Shown here: piece by piece, positions 26,718-37,300 of the stretch | Layout: every line of letters starts with the position of its first letter | Numbering within the stretch: position 1 is the first letter of the stretch | Virus record (IMG/VR): IMGVR_UViG_3300032884_000021 | Coordinates: 1 to 54,268 of that record | DNA from: a virus | Taxonomy: Duplodnaviria; Caudoviricetes | Direction: 5' to 3' (one strand) | DNA: 54,268 nt | The notes under the pieces: generated by a model | Told to the model about the DNA's origin: nothing | What the model saw: the letters and a program-made list of their open reading frames with translations, nothing else | Database searches by the model: none | Program-made: the position numbers and the translations under genes

Positions 26718-27179
26718 CTACTCTTCCAAGATCGGCATCAGAGCGTTCAAAAGCCCGGTGGGAATATCCATACCGGTCCCGTCCGCCTTCTTGAAAATGT
26801 TCAATTTCAGCTTCGGGAACTCGGTTCCGTCGTAGGGGGATTCCAAGAAAGCCCTGGCATCCTGGATCACCGGAGCGTACTCCTCGAATAGTTTCCCCAT
26901 CAGAGCGCTATCCTTGCTCTGGGCTGCTCCCATGGCCTTCTGCTCATACTCAATATAGGGCTTTAGGGATTCACGCAGGATTTTGGCCTCCTCGGCCACG
27001 TAGCGCAGGGTCTTGATGATCCGGTAGGAGGATTCCACCGCCATTTTCTCATCCAAGGCAACCAGGCGCCCAAGCGCCCCCTCAATCTGGATCAATTCGC
27101 CGTTGGAGATATTCATTTTCTCGGCGGGTTTTTCAAACTTCTTAATCGATGCCATTTCAGTCAGTCCTTTCTTAAACAA
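26718..27179 (-). CDS. Hypothetical protein (possible fibre chaperone)
   Basis: Helical protein downstream of the tail tip gene; likely start 27155. Confidence 0.6.
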   Translation of the reverse strand: MFKKGLTEMASIKKFEKPAEKMNISNGELIQIEGALGRLVALDEKMAVESSYRIIKTLRYVAEEAKILRESLKPYIEYEQKAMGAAQSKDSALMGKLFEEYAPVIQDARAFLESPYDGTEFPKLKLNIFKKADGTGMDIPTGLLNALMPILEE

Positions 27180-27462
27180 TTAATGATAGTGCGGCAGTCA
27201 GGCCGCTGACGGTAGACAACAGTACCGAATCCGATACCGTACTCGGATCGGACATAGCCGCGATTGTGGGATTCGACAGAACCATTAAGGTCACATTATG
27301 TATGCTCAGTCTATTTTCCAAGATCGCCCTAACTAGCCGTTGGCGAGTGTCCGTGAGAGGGTCTTCCGCCGCAATCGTTACCGCATTCTTGACCAGATAA
27401 TACTGAATACGGGTCTGTAAACTCTCCGTCGATGCTACTGTGTATGAGTCACTTACTTCCAT
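27172..27462 (-). CDS. Hypothetical protein
   Basis: AGGGGTGG RBS; follows the tail tip gene. Confidence 0.6.
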   Translation of the reverse strand: MEVSDSYTVASTESLQTRIQYYLVKNAVTIAAEDPLTDTRQRLVRAILENRLSIHNVTLMVLSNPTIAAMSDPSTVSDSVLLSTVSGLTAALSLIV

Positions 27463-27483
27463 ATCGCCACCCCTTTGCTTTAT

Positions 27484-30400
27484 TTACGCCCATACCAAAT
27501 TAGCCACGTCACCGGTAAGCGATGCAATCTTCAGCGAATTACCGGCTATCCCTTGCGTGGAGGGCCATAAATAATTTATATTTTTAATCACAGATATATC
27601 GCCATCATGTAAAACTCTAAAGCGGTACGAAGAATTAGAAATTACGTGTATAGCTGTACCGTCTGTTTGGAAAAATCCCAATTGGGCACCTGCACCATAA
27701 TTCGTCCGTAAAACAATGGCACCTTTATACACGCCACCCGTAGCCGCTCCGTAAGCACCGACTGATCCCAAACTCGTAGGCGTACCACTATTCCACGGTC
27801 CTCCAAGTAACACCATCTCTGTACTACTATCTGAACTGTTGTACCAAGGAGCAAAATTAATCATCGTCCGATGCCCAGTTGAGCCCGTTTTGCCAATATA
27901 CAAATAACCATTATCAAGGACTTGGAAAGGTGCGATATCTCTACTGGCAAACGATGCCCCTGCATATATGCGCACTCCAGAACCTCCAGCGTATAACCCC
28001 ATATTACCGGTGGATATCCCCCAATCAGCAATAGTCCATCCACCGATAATCCCAGACCATGCGCCAAATTGCCCTGCTAAAATATTAAGAGATACACCTT
28101 GCACGTAAACGGCCTGATTCTCAGTCGCGAGGATAAACCCCACATTATCATGTTGTCCAAATTGCCCTAAAACTCCAGTGATGCCGCTATGCGCGATAAC
28201 CACTGATGAACCAGTATCCCCGATTAAACTCAAAGTGCCCTCTACAGTGCTGTCCCCGATGATATGCACCTGTGATCGAATCCGTAAACTGCCAGGAGCG
28301 ATAGTCCCCACCGACGGTTGGAATATTATGTACGGGACATCGCCGGGCCAATAGGCCCGTTTAACATCCGTTGAAATGCAAAAGTCTCCGGCCAGAAAAG
28401 TAGGGTGGACCGCATCGCCATCAAAGCCCTGAGCTGCAAGCAGGAAAACCACGGGATTCGGATCGGTGTCTACTCCTGAATCCCTTCTCCCCACCAAAGC
28501 GACGGATGACATAAATATTCCGTACCAATCGTCCTCATAATCCCCGGTCATCGACCCGGCATACACCAGATTAGAACTGTTGGGAGCTCCACCTACCCGA
28601 ACCTTTACCGAATGAAAAACAGCAGTTCCATCATCGTTGATGCAATACCCGGTCGTACCTCCGTCCGTGTAGGCGGAGCTATACAGGCGATTGTGGGCGA
28701 TCTTAACCCCTGCTATTCTCCCAAGCCATGCCCCGAACTCACCGGCTTCCAGGTCGGCGTAAACATCTTGCCCGGAATCTGTTGGGTGCTTGTATACCAA
28801 AACATTTTGAGCCACATTGGTCATCACAAACATCAAAGTACCTGCGGGGTCGTGACCGTAAATGCCATTCGCATCCAAGTGGATGTGGCCGGTAGTTCCA
28901 TCCAAAACGGAACCATTAAGCGTAACGTCCGCTTTGATTTGCAAACCCCCGGTGATTGTTGCTTTCAGATACCAAGCGGCAAGTTCCGGGTGCTCATAGG
29001 CTGTCTTGACGTTGTCGGAGATGCAGAAATCACCTTGAATGAAGGCAGGATGAACGGCATCGCCACCGAAATCATCAGCCGCGAGTAGGAAAACTACAGG
29101 ATTCGGATTTCCGACACCTGCATCATGCCGCCCGACCAGGGCGTTTTCTGACATGAATATCCCGTACCAATCGTTGACATATCCAGCCCCGTCAGTCATT
29201 ACCCCGGCATACACCAGATTAGAACTGTTGGGCGCCCCACTTACCCTAACCGACACCTTCTGGAACTCCGCCGATCCGTCTGTGTTTAATTTGAACCCCG
29301 CACCGGTCGGCCCTTCAATGTAATTTCCGCTGGTGATGGAGGTAGGATTAATTTCAATAAGACTGCTCCCCGCCGTTCCCATTCCTATCCATGCACGGCA
29401 GATCCACATGTCACCGGCTGAAGCACCCCAATCAGGAAAAGCATCCGCGAAAAATGCAAACGTCAAGTTGGCCAAATCGGAGGTTACGGCTCCTTTCCAT
29501 CCACTTATTCCCAGCGCGTTCATCGCCAGGTGTGAACCCCCAACGGCTCCAACTCCGATTCCAGTATCCCAAATACTTCCCGTAGGTGAAACAACAGACA
29601 GAATACCTTCAATGGTGCTGTCGCCGGTGATGTGAACCTGTGACCGAATCCGTAACCGGCCAAATGTATCGTCATCATTCGGGAAACTCGGCTGAAAAAT
29701 CAGGTACGGAACATCCCCTATCTCATAGGCCCGTTGAACATCGGTGGAGACACAAAAATCACCAGCCTTGACAGTTGGATGAATCGGATCGGTTCCTTTG
29801 GTGTAATCCTGAGCTGCAAGAAAGAACACGGCTGGATTTCTATCGCCGTCCCCCAATTCACCAACCTTCTGCCTGCCCACAATCCCCGAAGCGCTCATAA
29901 ACACGCCGTACCAGTCGTCTTCATAATCCCCGATAATTGAACCGGCGTATATAAGACCATTGGTGGAGGTTCCCGGAATAGCACCGGTTCTGATAAACAC
30001 CTCGTTGAATTCCGCGCTGCCGTCCGAATTGATCTCAAAACCACAAGGAAAGGTTGTCGGAGCCGCAGGATTCGGAAACAGCCTCCCAGATAGGAATCCG
30101 TAAGAGTAAAGGCGGAACTGTTCCATGATAATTTGCCCGATTACATACCAGGATTTCACAGGTGTCCGCAAAGAGGCGTTGGTATTGCACCCTGTAGCAC
30201 CGAAGTAGGTCCACGGGGTGTACATGCCGTCTTTTCGCTTGGCGCGGATCGCAAAGTAACAGGTTTTTCCAGGATCAGACCGGTAATACTCCCTCATAGT
30301 CCGGTCGAGGCCATTGACGTAAACTACAGCGGTGTCTCCCTCACCGGGAACGTTCGCATTGAATCCTTGCATGGTGCTATAGGCAAAATCGAATGAGTCG

Positions 30401-33030
30401 ATAATAGCACCGTCAATATTGTCAGGAATCTTCCAATAGGACGAAAACGCATCACATAGAATTCCTGTCTGACTGCTTCGCCCACCAGCCAGCGCGGTAA
30501 CAAAGAAATCCTCAACATACCACACAGCATTTGCCGGGGTAAGGTCCAGAACCACTCTCGGATAATAGAAGGTGTAATTCCTGAAAATGGCATCACGAGA
30601 GGTATCAATCGTCCATACACCCGCCGCCTTTGTCGCCCATTGACCGATCTCATAAAAGGTGCCGGGGGTGGAATAGGCGAGGCTCACCAACGATACACCT
30701 GTCTCGAATTCAGCGGCATAAGTGCCGGTTGGCTCCAAGACCAACCAGTATTTCGCTGGTGAAGCCGACAGGGAGGCAGGGGTCGAAAAGCTGAATTTGA
30801 CCCACACCCCAGCGGAGGCCACATCGATTCCGGCGCAAAGAATATCGCCGGAAGTGGCGACCACAGAAGATTCATCAGGACCATCGACGGAATCGTTCAC
30901 TACTCGCAATCGGAGCGTGGCGGCTGCCGTGAACAGGTTTCCTGTCCGTTTCATCCACAGGTCCCACCGGGCAATGCTTCTACTCTCATCCAGTACAAAG
31001 GACTGGGCAAACATGCCGGTGCCACCCAGTTCCGCCCAGGACCTTGTTTCCTGGTAATTGGCGGCATCCAGCCAAAGCGAATCGACTCTCCCCTCTACAC
31101 CCACGTTGTTCACAACCCCGGTGGACACCGCAGCAAATACGGAGGTTTCCGCCCACGGTTCCAGGATAACCATAGAACTCTCGGTAAGGTCGGCTACAAC
31201 ATCAAACTGTGTCGTTGCCCCTCCAACCGTTGCTCCTTGATCCCCGATAGGTGTTCCTGGATCGGCTTGTACCAGCTTGCCACGATATATTTTCGCAGTT
31301 TTCCAATATCCGTTCGGATCAGCGGTGTTGTTCGGAGGAACGAAGACGATGGATGCTTGGCTTTTCAAAGACCCGTTGGCGTCTACGACCATAGCCTGTT
31401 CCGTTACCGAAAAACCTGTTACTTTGGCCGGTTGATCGTAGGTGGGGAGGTCTGGGCCGGGGCCTGCGCCACCGGTGGAATCCACATGGCCTTGTGCGCT
31501 GGACGCTCCGTCATTCGCTTCATTTGCTGCTGACTTGGTAAGCGCCTGCACGAAATAGTAATACTCAACGTCCGGGGTGATGTCGTTGTCGATAAATTCG
31601 TTTGAGGTGATATTATCGGCAATCCGAACGGCATAGGGGTTTTCCGCCGAGGCTGGCGCGTCATCCGTCCGTAACACGTTCTGAATATTGCGCCACACCC
31701 AATAATTGCGCAATTTCCCATTGACAATCGCTGTCCAGGATAGCGTGATTTTGTTTATTCCAGCCGTCCCAGGCGTAGCAACCAAATCCTCAACGCTCGC
31801 AAGGCGTCTCCGGTTTCCACTTGCCAAAGTCAGCAATGGACTGGTGGACAATTTCCCCAATACTCCTGTTGAGGATTCCGAAGCCAAAACCACATCCAGG
31901 GCGTCCGCTTCCTCGGTTGCCGGGAATCCCGGAAGGAAGGTAATAGTTCCGATACTTGGATCGTCGGTAAGGTCTACAAAGGCAGCAAACCGCAGGCTCG
32001 ATATCGGTTCCGTGTGCCGCTTGTAATAGGCCCATACATAGGCAGGATCGTTCTCGCCACCAACCAGGGACCAGGTCGCGGTCAATTCGCTGGTGGTATT
32101 GCTCTCGGTAACGGTTCCGGGAACGACGTTAGCCGCCGGTTCACCGTAAGCGTAGCTGTGATCGTTGGCTTGAAACACCACACCCGATACCCGTAGGATA
32201 GGCGTGCCATTCAACTGGTACTGCATATCCAGCACCTTGACGGGAACATTTACCCACCCCGTTCCGGAGGATTGCGGCCCTGCGTAGTGGGTTACCAAAA
32301 CTATGCCGGCCAATTCAACAGCATCGGTGATCGTGGGAGCTGAAAGCACCAGGGTTACCAACTGCCGCTGTTCGTCACTCCAGAAAAGGCGGATTCCGCC
32401 CACCAACTGCGCGGTGTGATCGTCCCCGACCAGGCAGAGATCCAGGCTTTCCGTGAACTTCCCGATGATATCCGAACTGGCCAGGTTCTCCAGGTTTTCC
32501 ATCGTCTTCCCGTACTCCCCGCTTACCGGGTTGTACGAGTGACGGATCGCCATCTCATTGACCACGTCCTGGTTGTATGCCAGGGAGAAACCGCCTTTAA
32601 GGATTTGACCGCCGACATCGCTAAGGGACTGCCCTGGTGTCATCGCCTCATATCGGTTGTATCCAATGCAGATTTTCCCGGCGGTAGTGATCCAGAAATC
32701 TAAGGAAAAATTCGAACAGAACCAGGCGATAACCTGCTCGTGGGTTGCGGGTTCCGTTATTACTCCGGATATTTTGATTCCCGCCGTATTCAGCTTATCG
32801 ACTGTTGCCGATACGATACCATCGTCGAAATCTCCAAGCACGAATCCTGCATAGGTTACCAAGTAATGGCGTAGTGCCGTGGCCGGGTTCTCAATCAGAC
32901 CTGCGGGAGTCCCATGCTTGTACCCCAGCACGTCGGCACTGATAATAATCTCGCTGCCGGGTTTCTCCGGGTCTTCCTGGTCAACATCGAAAAGCAGGAA
33001 TGTCCAGCCGAGGTCGCTATCCACAACCAC
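27484..33030 (-). CDS. Tail tip/central fibre (host-specificity) protein, C-terminal part
   Basis: ENPA..LRHYL hub motif, FN3-like LSW...YYYFVQA, three internal GF.(I/L)N.DG.A.F repeats; in frame with 33085..33669. Confidence 0.8.
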   Translation of the reverse strand: MVVDSDLGWTFLLFDVDQEDPEKPGSEIIISADVLGYKHGTPAGLIENPATALRHYLVTYAGFVLGDFDDGIVSATVDKLNTAGIKISGVITEPATHEQVIAWFCSNFSLDFWITTAGKICIGYNRYEAMTPGQSLSDVGGQILKGGFSLAYNQDVVNEMAIRHSYNPVSGEYGKTMENLENLASSDIIGKFTESLDLCLVGDDHTAQLVGGIRLFWSDEQRQLVTLVLSAPTITDAVELAGIVLVTHYAGPQSSGTGWVNVPVKVLDMQYQLNGTPILRVSGVVFQANDHSYAYGEPAANVVPGTVTESNTTSELTATWSLVGGENDPAYVWAYYKRHTEPISSLRFAAFVDLTDDPSIGTITFLPGFPATEEADALDVVLASESSTGVLGKLSTSPLLTLASGNRRRLASVEDLVATPGTAGINKITLSWTAIVNGKLRNYWVWRNIQNVLRTDDAPASAENPYAVRIADNITSNEFIDNDITPDVEYYYFVQALTKSAANEANDGASSAQGHVDSTGGAGPGPDLPTYDQPAKVTGFSVTEQAMVVDANGSLKSQASIVFVPPNNTADPNGYWKTAKIYRGKLVQADPGTPIGDQGATVGGATTQFDVVADLTESSMVILEPWAETSVFAAVSTGVVNNVGVEGRVDSLWLDAANYQETRSWAELGGTGMFAQSFVLDESRSIARWDLWMKRTGNLFTAAATLRLRVVNDSVDGPDESSVVATSGDILCAGIDVASAGVWVKFSFSTPASLSASPAKYWLVLEPTGTYAAEFETGVSLVSLAYSTPGTFYEIGQWATKAAGVWTIDTSRDAIFRNYTFYYPRVVLDLTPANAVWYVEDFFVTALAGGRSSQTGILCDAFSSYWKIPDNIDGAIIDSFDFAYSTMQGFNANVPGEGDTAVVYVNGLDRTMREYYRSDPGKTCYFAIRAKRKDGMYTPWTYFGATGCNTNASLRTPVKSWYVIGQIIMEQFRLYSYGFLSGRLFPNPAAPTTFPCGFEINSDGSAEFNEVFIRTGAIPGTSTNGLIYAGSIIGDYEDDWYGVFMSASGIVGRQKVGELGDGDRNPAVFFLAAQDYTKGTDPIHPTVKAGDFCVSTDVQRAYEIGDVPYLIFQPSFPNDDDTFGRLRIRSQVHITGDSTIEGILSVVSPTGSIWDTGIGVGAVGGSHLAMNALGISGWKGAVTSDLANLTFAFFADAFPDWGASAGDMWICRAWIGMGTAGSSLIEINPTSITSGNYIEGPTGAGFKLNTDGSAEFQKVSVRVSGAPNSSNLVYAGVMTDGAGYVNDWYGIFMSENALVGRHDAGVGNPNPVVFLLAADDFGGDAVHPAFIQGDFCISDNVKTAYEHPELAAWYLKATITGGLQIKADVTLNGSVLDGTTGHIHLDANGIYGHDPAGTLMFVMTNVAQNVLVYKHPTDSGQDVYADLEAGEFGAWLGRIAGVKIAHNRLYSSAYTDGGTTGYCINDDGTAVFHSVKVRVGGAPNSSNLVYAGSMTGDYEDDWYGIFMSSVALVGRRDSGVDTDPNPVVFLLAAQGFDGDAVHPTFLAGDFCISTDVKRAYWPGDVPYIIFQPSVGTIAPGSLRIRSQVHIIGDSTVEGTLSLIGDTGSSVVIAHSGITGVLGQFGQHDNVGFILATENQAVYVQGVSLNILAGQFGAWSGIIGGWTIADWGISTGNMGLYAGGSGVRIYAGASFASRDIAPFQVLDNGYLYIGKTGSTGHRTMINFAPWYNSSDSSTEMVLLGGPWNSGTPTSLGSVGAYGAATGGVYKGAIVLRTNYGAGAQLGFFQTDGTAIHVISNSSYRFRVLHDGDISVIKNINYLWPSTQGIAGNSLKIASLTGDVANLVWA

Positions 33031-33084
33031 GGAATAATCAATGGTCTCCCCTTCCAGAGCCGTCAGCTTGTAAACCTGAATAAC

Positions 33085-33669
33085 CTACACCTCGTGCTGG
33101 GCAACCACGTATTGATGCTTCCCGTCCGATCCCTGCCCCACGTATTGACAAGGCACCCTGCCACCGGTAATGGGGTCCTGGCAATCTCCATAAACTATCG
33201 GAGCGCTGGGCACCAATATCGACTCAAGCATTCCCAGTGCTGGGAATAACGAAGAGTTGATCTCGCAGTGAAGCGTCTCCTTGAGTTTGTCAACGATGAA
33301 ATCTTTAATTTGGAGGGTACAAGCCGGACCGGTCAACTGGACATTGACAATCTTTCCATAGAAGATCTGCTGAAAGGAGGAGTAAGAGGTATCCTCCCTC
33401 CCAATCTTGATAACTGCGACCTTCCCGCGAAGGTCCACCGTGGCGAGTAGTTTGGAAAACTCAAGCGTGGTGTTGGCGAGGGTGATGGAAATGTCTGAAA
33501 CGGAAGGTAATCCTGGCTTTAGGGGAATGCTCCGGGTAAGGGAGCCAAAGTCCACAACAAGAGGCTCGTAAAAGCAGTCCGGCACGGAAACACCCAAAGA
33601 GGAATAATGTTTCCATGTGTCCAGCGTGGCGTCCGTCTGGATAGCGAGTAGGGTAATCCAGCGCATCAT
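33085..33669 (-). CDS. Tail hub protein, N-terminal part (ends at an in-frame TAG)
   Basis: SITLANT...PIVYGD motifs; follows the distal tail gene. Confidence 0.7.
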   Translation of the reverse strand: MMRWITLLAIQTDATLDTWKHYSSLGVSVPDCFYEPLVVDFGSLTRSIPLKPGLPSVSDISITLANTTLEFSKLLATVDLRGKVAVIKIGREDTSYSSFQQIFYGKIVNVQLTGPACTLQIKDFIVDKLKETLHCEINSSLFPALGMLESILVPSAPIVYGDCQDPITGGRVPCQYVGQGSDGKHQYVVAQHEV

Positions 33670-34370
33670 GACAGGAAGGCCCCCATAGGATCTTCACCGA
33701 ACTCCAGAATGGAGGTATTTCTCCCAAGGGTCGTGTAAGTCGTGGTGAAATTGTTCCTAAAGCGGCCAAAATAGCAAGGTCCCAATGTCGAATCCAGCAC
33801 CAGCAATAGCGGCGTGTAATTCCCCCGGCACGTTTGGTATAGCGCTCGCAAGGCACTCACGTCAATCGAACTCATGTTCTGGAAAGACAATTGGATTACG
33901 CCGGTGTTCCATTTCTCGTAAATTAATTGCACCCCATATTCAGTTTCATGGACATCGTTCATATAGGTGCGGCTCTCATTCCACCCATAGCTGAAATTAC
34001 TGCCAAACTCCGTAACCACGCCCATCACGATTTCCCCGATGCCCACCTTGGCAACACCGCTGCTCCCTATGGCAATCACGGCTGAATTCGTGGCGGACGG
34101 GAACTTGTACCAGATGGATTGACCTTCATGTACCGTAACCGAAACTGAATTAATGGTGCAGGTGGCCCCGGCTTTCAGGTTGTGGCCACAGATCCCGATA
34201 CCCGTACAGTTCCCGGAGGCGGTAACGGTTATGGTAATCGTTGCGGCGTTCCACCGGCATGGCTTCGATGCGTTACCATCGTGCAGGTTCGCTTCCGGGA
34301 AAGCGGTTTCCGGGGTCGTGCCTGTCATTCCGGTCACAAGGTTTGCCGTGATGTAGCCGCCGTTTGCCAT
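33666..34370 (-). CDS. Distal tail protein-like
   Basis: Immediately after the tape measure gene; NL.DG...W, GHNL, IGEIVMG pattern. Confidence 0.65.
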   Translation of the reverse strand: MANGGYITANLVTGMTGTTPETAFPEANLHDGNASKPCRWNAATITITVTASGNCTGIGICGHNLKAGATCTINSVSVTVHEGQSIWYKFPSATNSAVIAIGSSGVAKVGIGEIVMGVVTEFGSNFSYGWNESRTYMNDVHETEYGVQLIYEKWNTGVIQLSFQNMSSIDVSALRALYQTCRGNYTPLLLVLDSTLGPCYFGRFRNNFTTTYTTLGRNTSILEFGEDPMGAFLS

Positions 34371-37300
34371 TAGGTTAGCACCTGGGTAAGCTGTTGCCGG
34401 GAAGAAGCCGTGTTGTTTTTGAGCATGTCAATGAACGCGGGAAAAAGTTTATCCCTCATTACACGGGTGACATCCGCCCCGTCAACTGCGTTTATCGTTG
34501 GGGAAAAGATTATCTGTTGTGGTACCGGTCGCGCCGTGGGTGTGATGATCGGCGACGGGGTTACCGGTGCAACCGGGGTTGTGGTGATCGGTCGGTTAAT
34601 CGGCAATCTTACCGGACTGGTAGAACTACCTGCGGCGCCGGAAGCGGCTAAAACGTTTCTCCAATCGGGGAGGTTCTGCTGAAGCGCCTGGCTGGTAGCA
34701 AAGGCACTCGTGAACGCCTTGTTTAGGGCATCGGAATTGCCGGTCTTAACCCATGCTTCAAACGCTGTACGAAAGTTGAACGTCCCCCAAGCCGTGGACA
34801 CCGCTTCCAGGCTTTTTAAGAATTCGGTCATTTTGCCCTGTTGTTGGGCGAGCGGGTAGGCGATTTCCGTCAGGAACTTCGGAGAGGATGTCAGGTCTTT
34901 CCTGATTCCTTCATACTGTCTTTTTCCCAGTCCAAGCGACGCGGCGAACTGCTCAAATGTCTTCGTGGTCATATTGATTCCGCCGAAGTCATTGTGGGTT
35001 TCTTGCGCGGCGCGGTCGGCTGGGGATTTGTAGAGGTGGTTTATAAGTGCGGCGGCGGCGATTGCTGCAACTATCGGAGCCAGAACTACCGTACCGCCCA
35101 TCGCAGCCAAAAGACCAGACATACTCGCCGTTCCTATTCCCATTGCCCCAGCAATACCAGCTCCGGCAAAAGCTCCACCAATCCCGCCTGCGGCCATTCC
35201 CAGGATTGATCCGGCGGTCCCTCCGCCCATGACGCCGCCCAGATAGTTACCACCCAACGAAGCGCCCATAGTCCCGCCAAAAATACCGTATGGCCCAAGG
35301 GCACCTCCCAGCGCGGACATGCGTCCACCAGAACCCGCTCCACCGGCGGTATAAACACCATTCACCAAAGACGGCCCGCCCATGGATTGCGATCCGATGA
35401 TTCCCCCACCGTATGCGCCCATGGGATATCCACCCGTAGCTCCGCCACCCATTACCATCGAAGGGATCATCGACGCCATGCCGCCCGCCAGCGATCCGGT
35501 CCCGGTCGCCTGTCCCCTGATTTGGGTGAGAATGGGCGTCAAAAAGCGCATCATGAATGCCGATACCATCGCCCCCAGCATGTCGGTAAACGAACGCTTG
35601 ATCGAATCCCATATTCCGGCCAATGCGTCCTTCAGCGTCTTGGCGTGCGAAAGCATGTCGCTGAACGCCCCGGATATGCTCGTTTCGATGGTCTTGCCGA
35701 TGTTCTTCCACCCATCATTGATGATGGAAAGCATCTTGCCCTGTTCCAGTATTTTCGTGGTGGCCTTGCTCAGCATTTCAGGCTGGTTTTCGAGTACGCC
35801 CCCGAACTGCTCATAAATTAAGCGCAGGTCTTCACCGTCTACCGCCAACTGGTTTATAGTTCCAATCGTTAAGGTCAGCTCATTGCGGTAATTCTTGAAA
35901 TTGGCAACGTTGTCATAAAGCGCTTCGGCAAATTTACCTTGGGCCGCTGTGGTCTTCTCCATCTGCTCGGCTTGCCATTCTTCCAGAGACGGAACATAGA
36001 GGGTTTTCGGTCCAGGAACGTCAAACTTTGCTTGCCCCCGGTTTAGGAATATTGACTGTATCTTCCCTTCGGCTTCTGCCAATTTTACGGACAGCTCATA
36101 GGCTTCTTTACCGGTCCCCATGGCGGCTTTCATTTCCAGCAGCTTCTTAATGAGCGGATCGGAACTTTCCGTGATCTTGTCCATCTTGGCGGACACCATC
36201 TCGTACATTTTCCACACTGGAACTCCCTGGGCCTCCAGCACTTTCATGGCTCCCAGCTCTGTTTCCGTTATGACTTGGCTTTCCTTGAAGGACTTTACCT
36301 TCTCATCCCTTGCTTTTGTACTCTCCGAATCGGCCTGTAATTCTGCGAGAGTTTTTCTTATAAGTGCAGTCTTGGCGTTGCTGAGCGCACCATGGGCCTG
36401 GGCAAGTTCCATCGTTGTTCCGGTAAGCTGCTTATGGGCACTAGACAATAACTGAACCTTTGGGACAGTTTTTACATAAGCAGCATAAATTTTGTTGATC
36501 AACACTTCATAGTTGTCCATGTCGGCCATGGTCGCGCCGATGGCTGGGCTGGGGATGGGAACACCCACGCTATTCAAGTATTTTATGTTGGCATTAAGAG
36601 TTTTCTCTCTACCGGCAATTCCGGCAGCTAAACTGGCCTTGGCTTCTTCAATTGCCTTGGCATTCTCAGCCCGATCCTGCCATTTGGTAACACCAAGGAA
36701 AGCGGCTGTGCTCAGCGTAACGCCGAGAAGAACTATGGGGTGAGCGGCAGCGGCAACAGCGAGGACCTTTAGAGCCGCCGCCAGTTTCAAAACACCGACA
36801 ATCCAAAATCCAAACATTGGGGCCCCGACAGCCAGCGCACTCGCAACTGCACCAAAGGCAATAACACCATCCTTTACTCCGCCAGGAAGCGCATTGAATC
36901 CAGCAACCAAATTAACAATAGTTGCCGCCATATCCCGCATTAATGGTATAAAAGTTGCATTTAACCTGACATTCAATTCCGCTCCGAGAGGGATAAATGC
37001 AGCCTCCACGGCATTTTTCATTTCAGTCAGCCTATCCGTGAAAGTTTTAGTCTCCTCTTTGGCTTTCGCAATGGTGTCCGTGCTTGCGGCTAGAAGTTTC
37101 AGGAGGGGTTCAAGGTCAAGCCGCCCTTCACGGGCCGCTCCGGCAAAGTTCTCCGCTACTCCAGGACGCCCACCCACCAACTTCTTGGCCAGGTCCGTGG
37201 CTTGCTTCAACGTCCCTGTTTTCATATCTGCAATCGCTTGTTGTAGGCCCTCTCCCGGTTTAATTCCCATTCTATTAAAGGCGCTAAGTGACCTGCCGAG

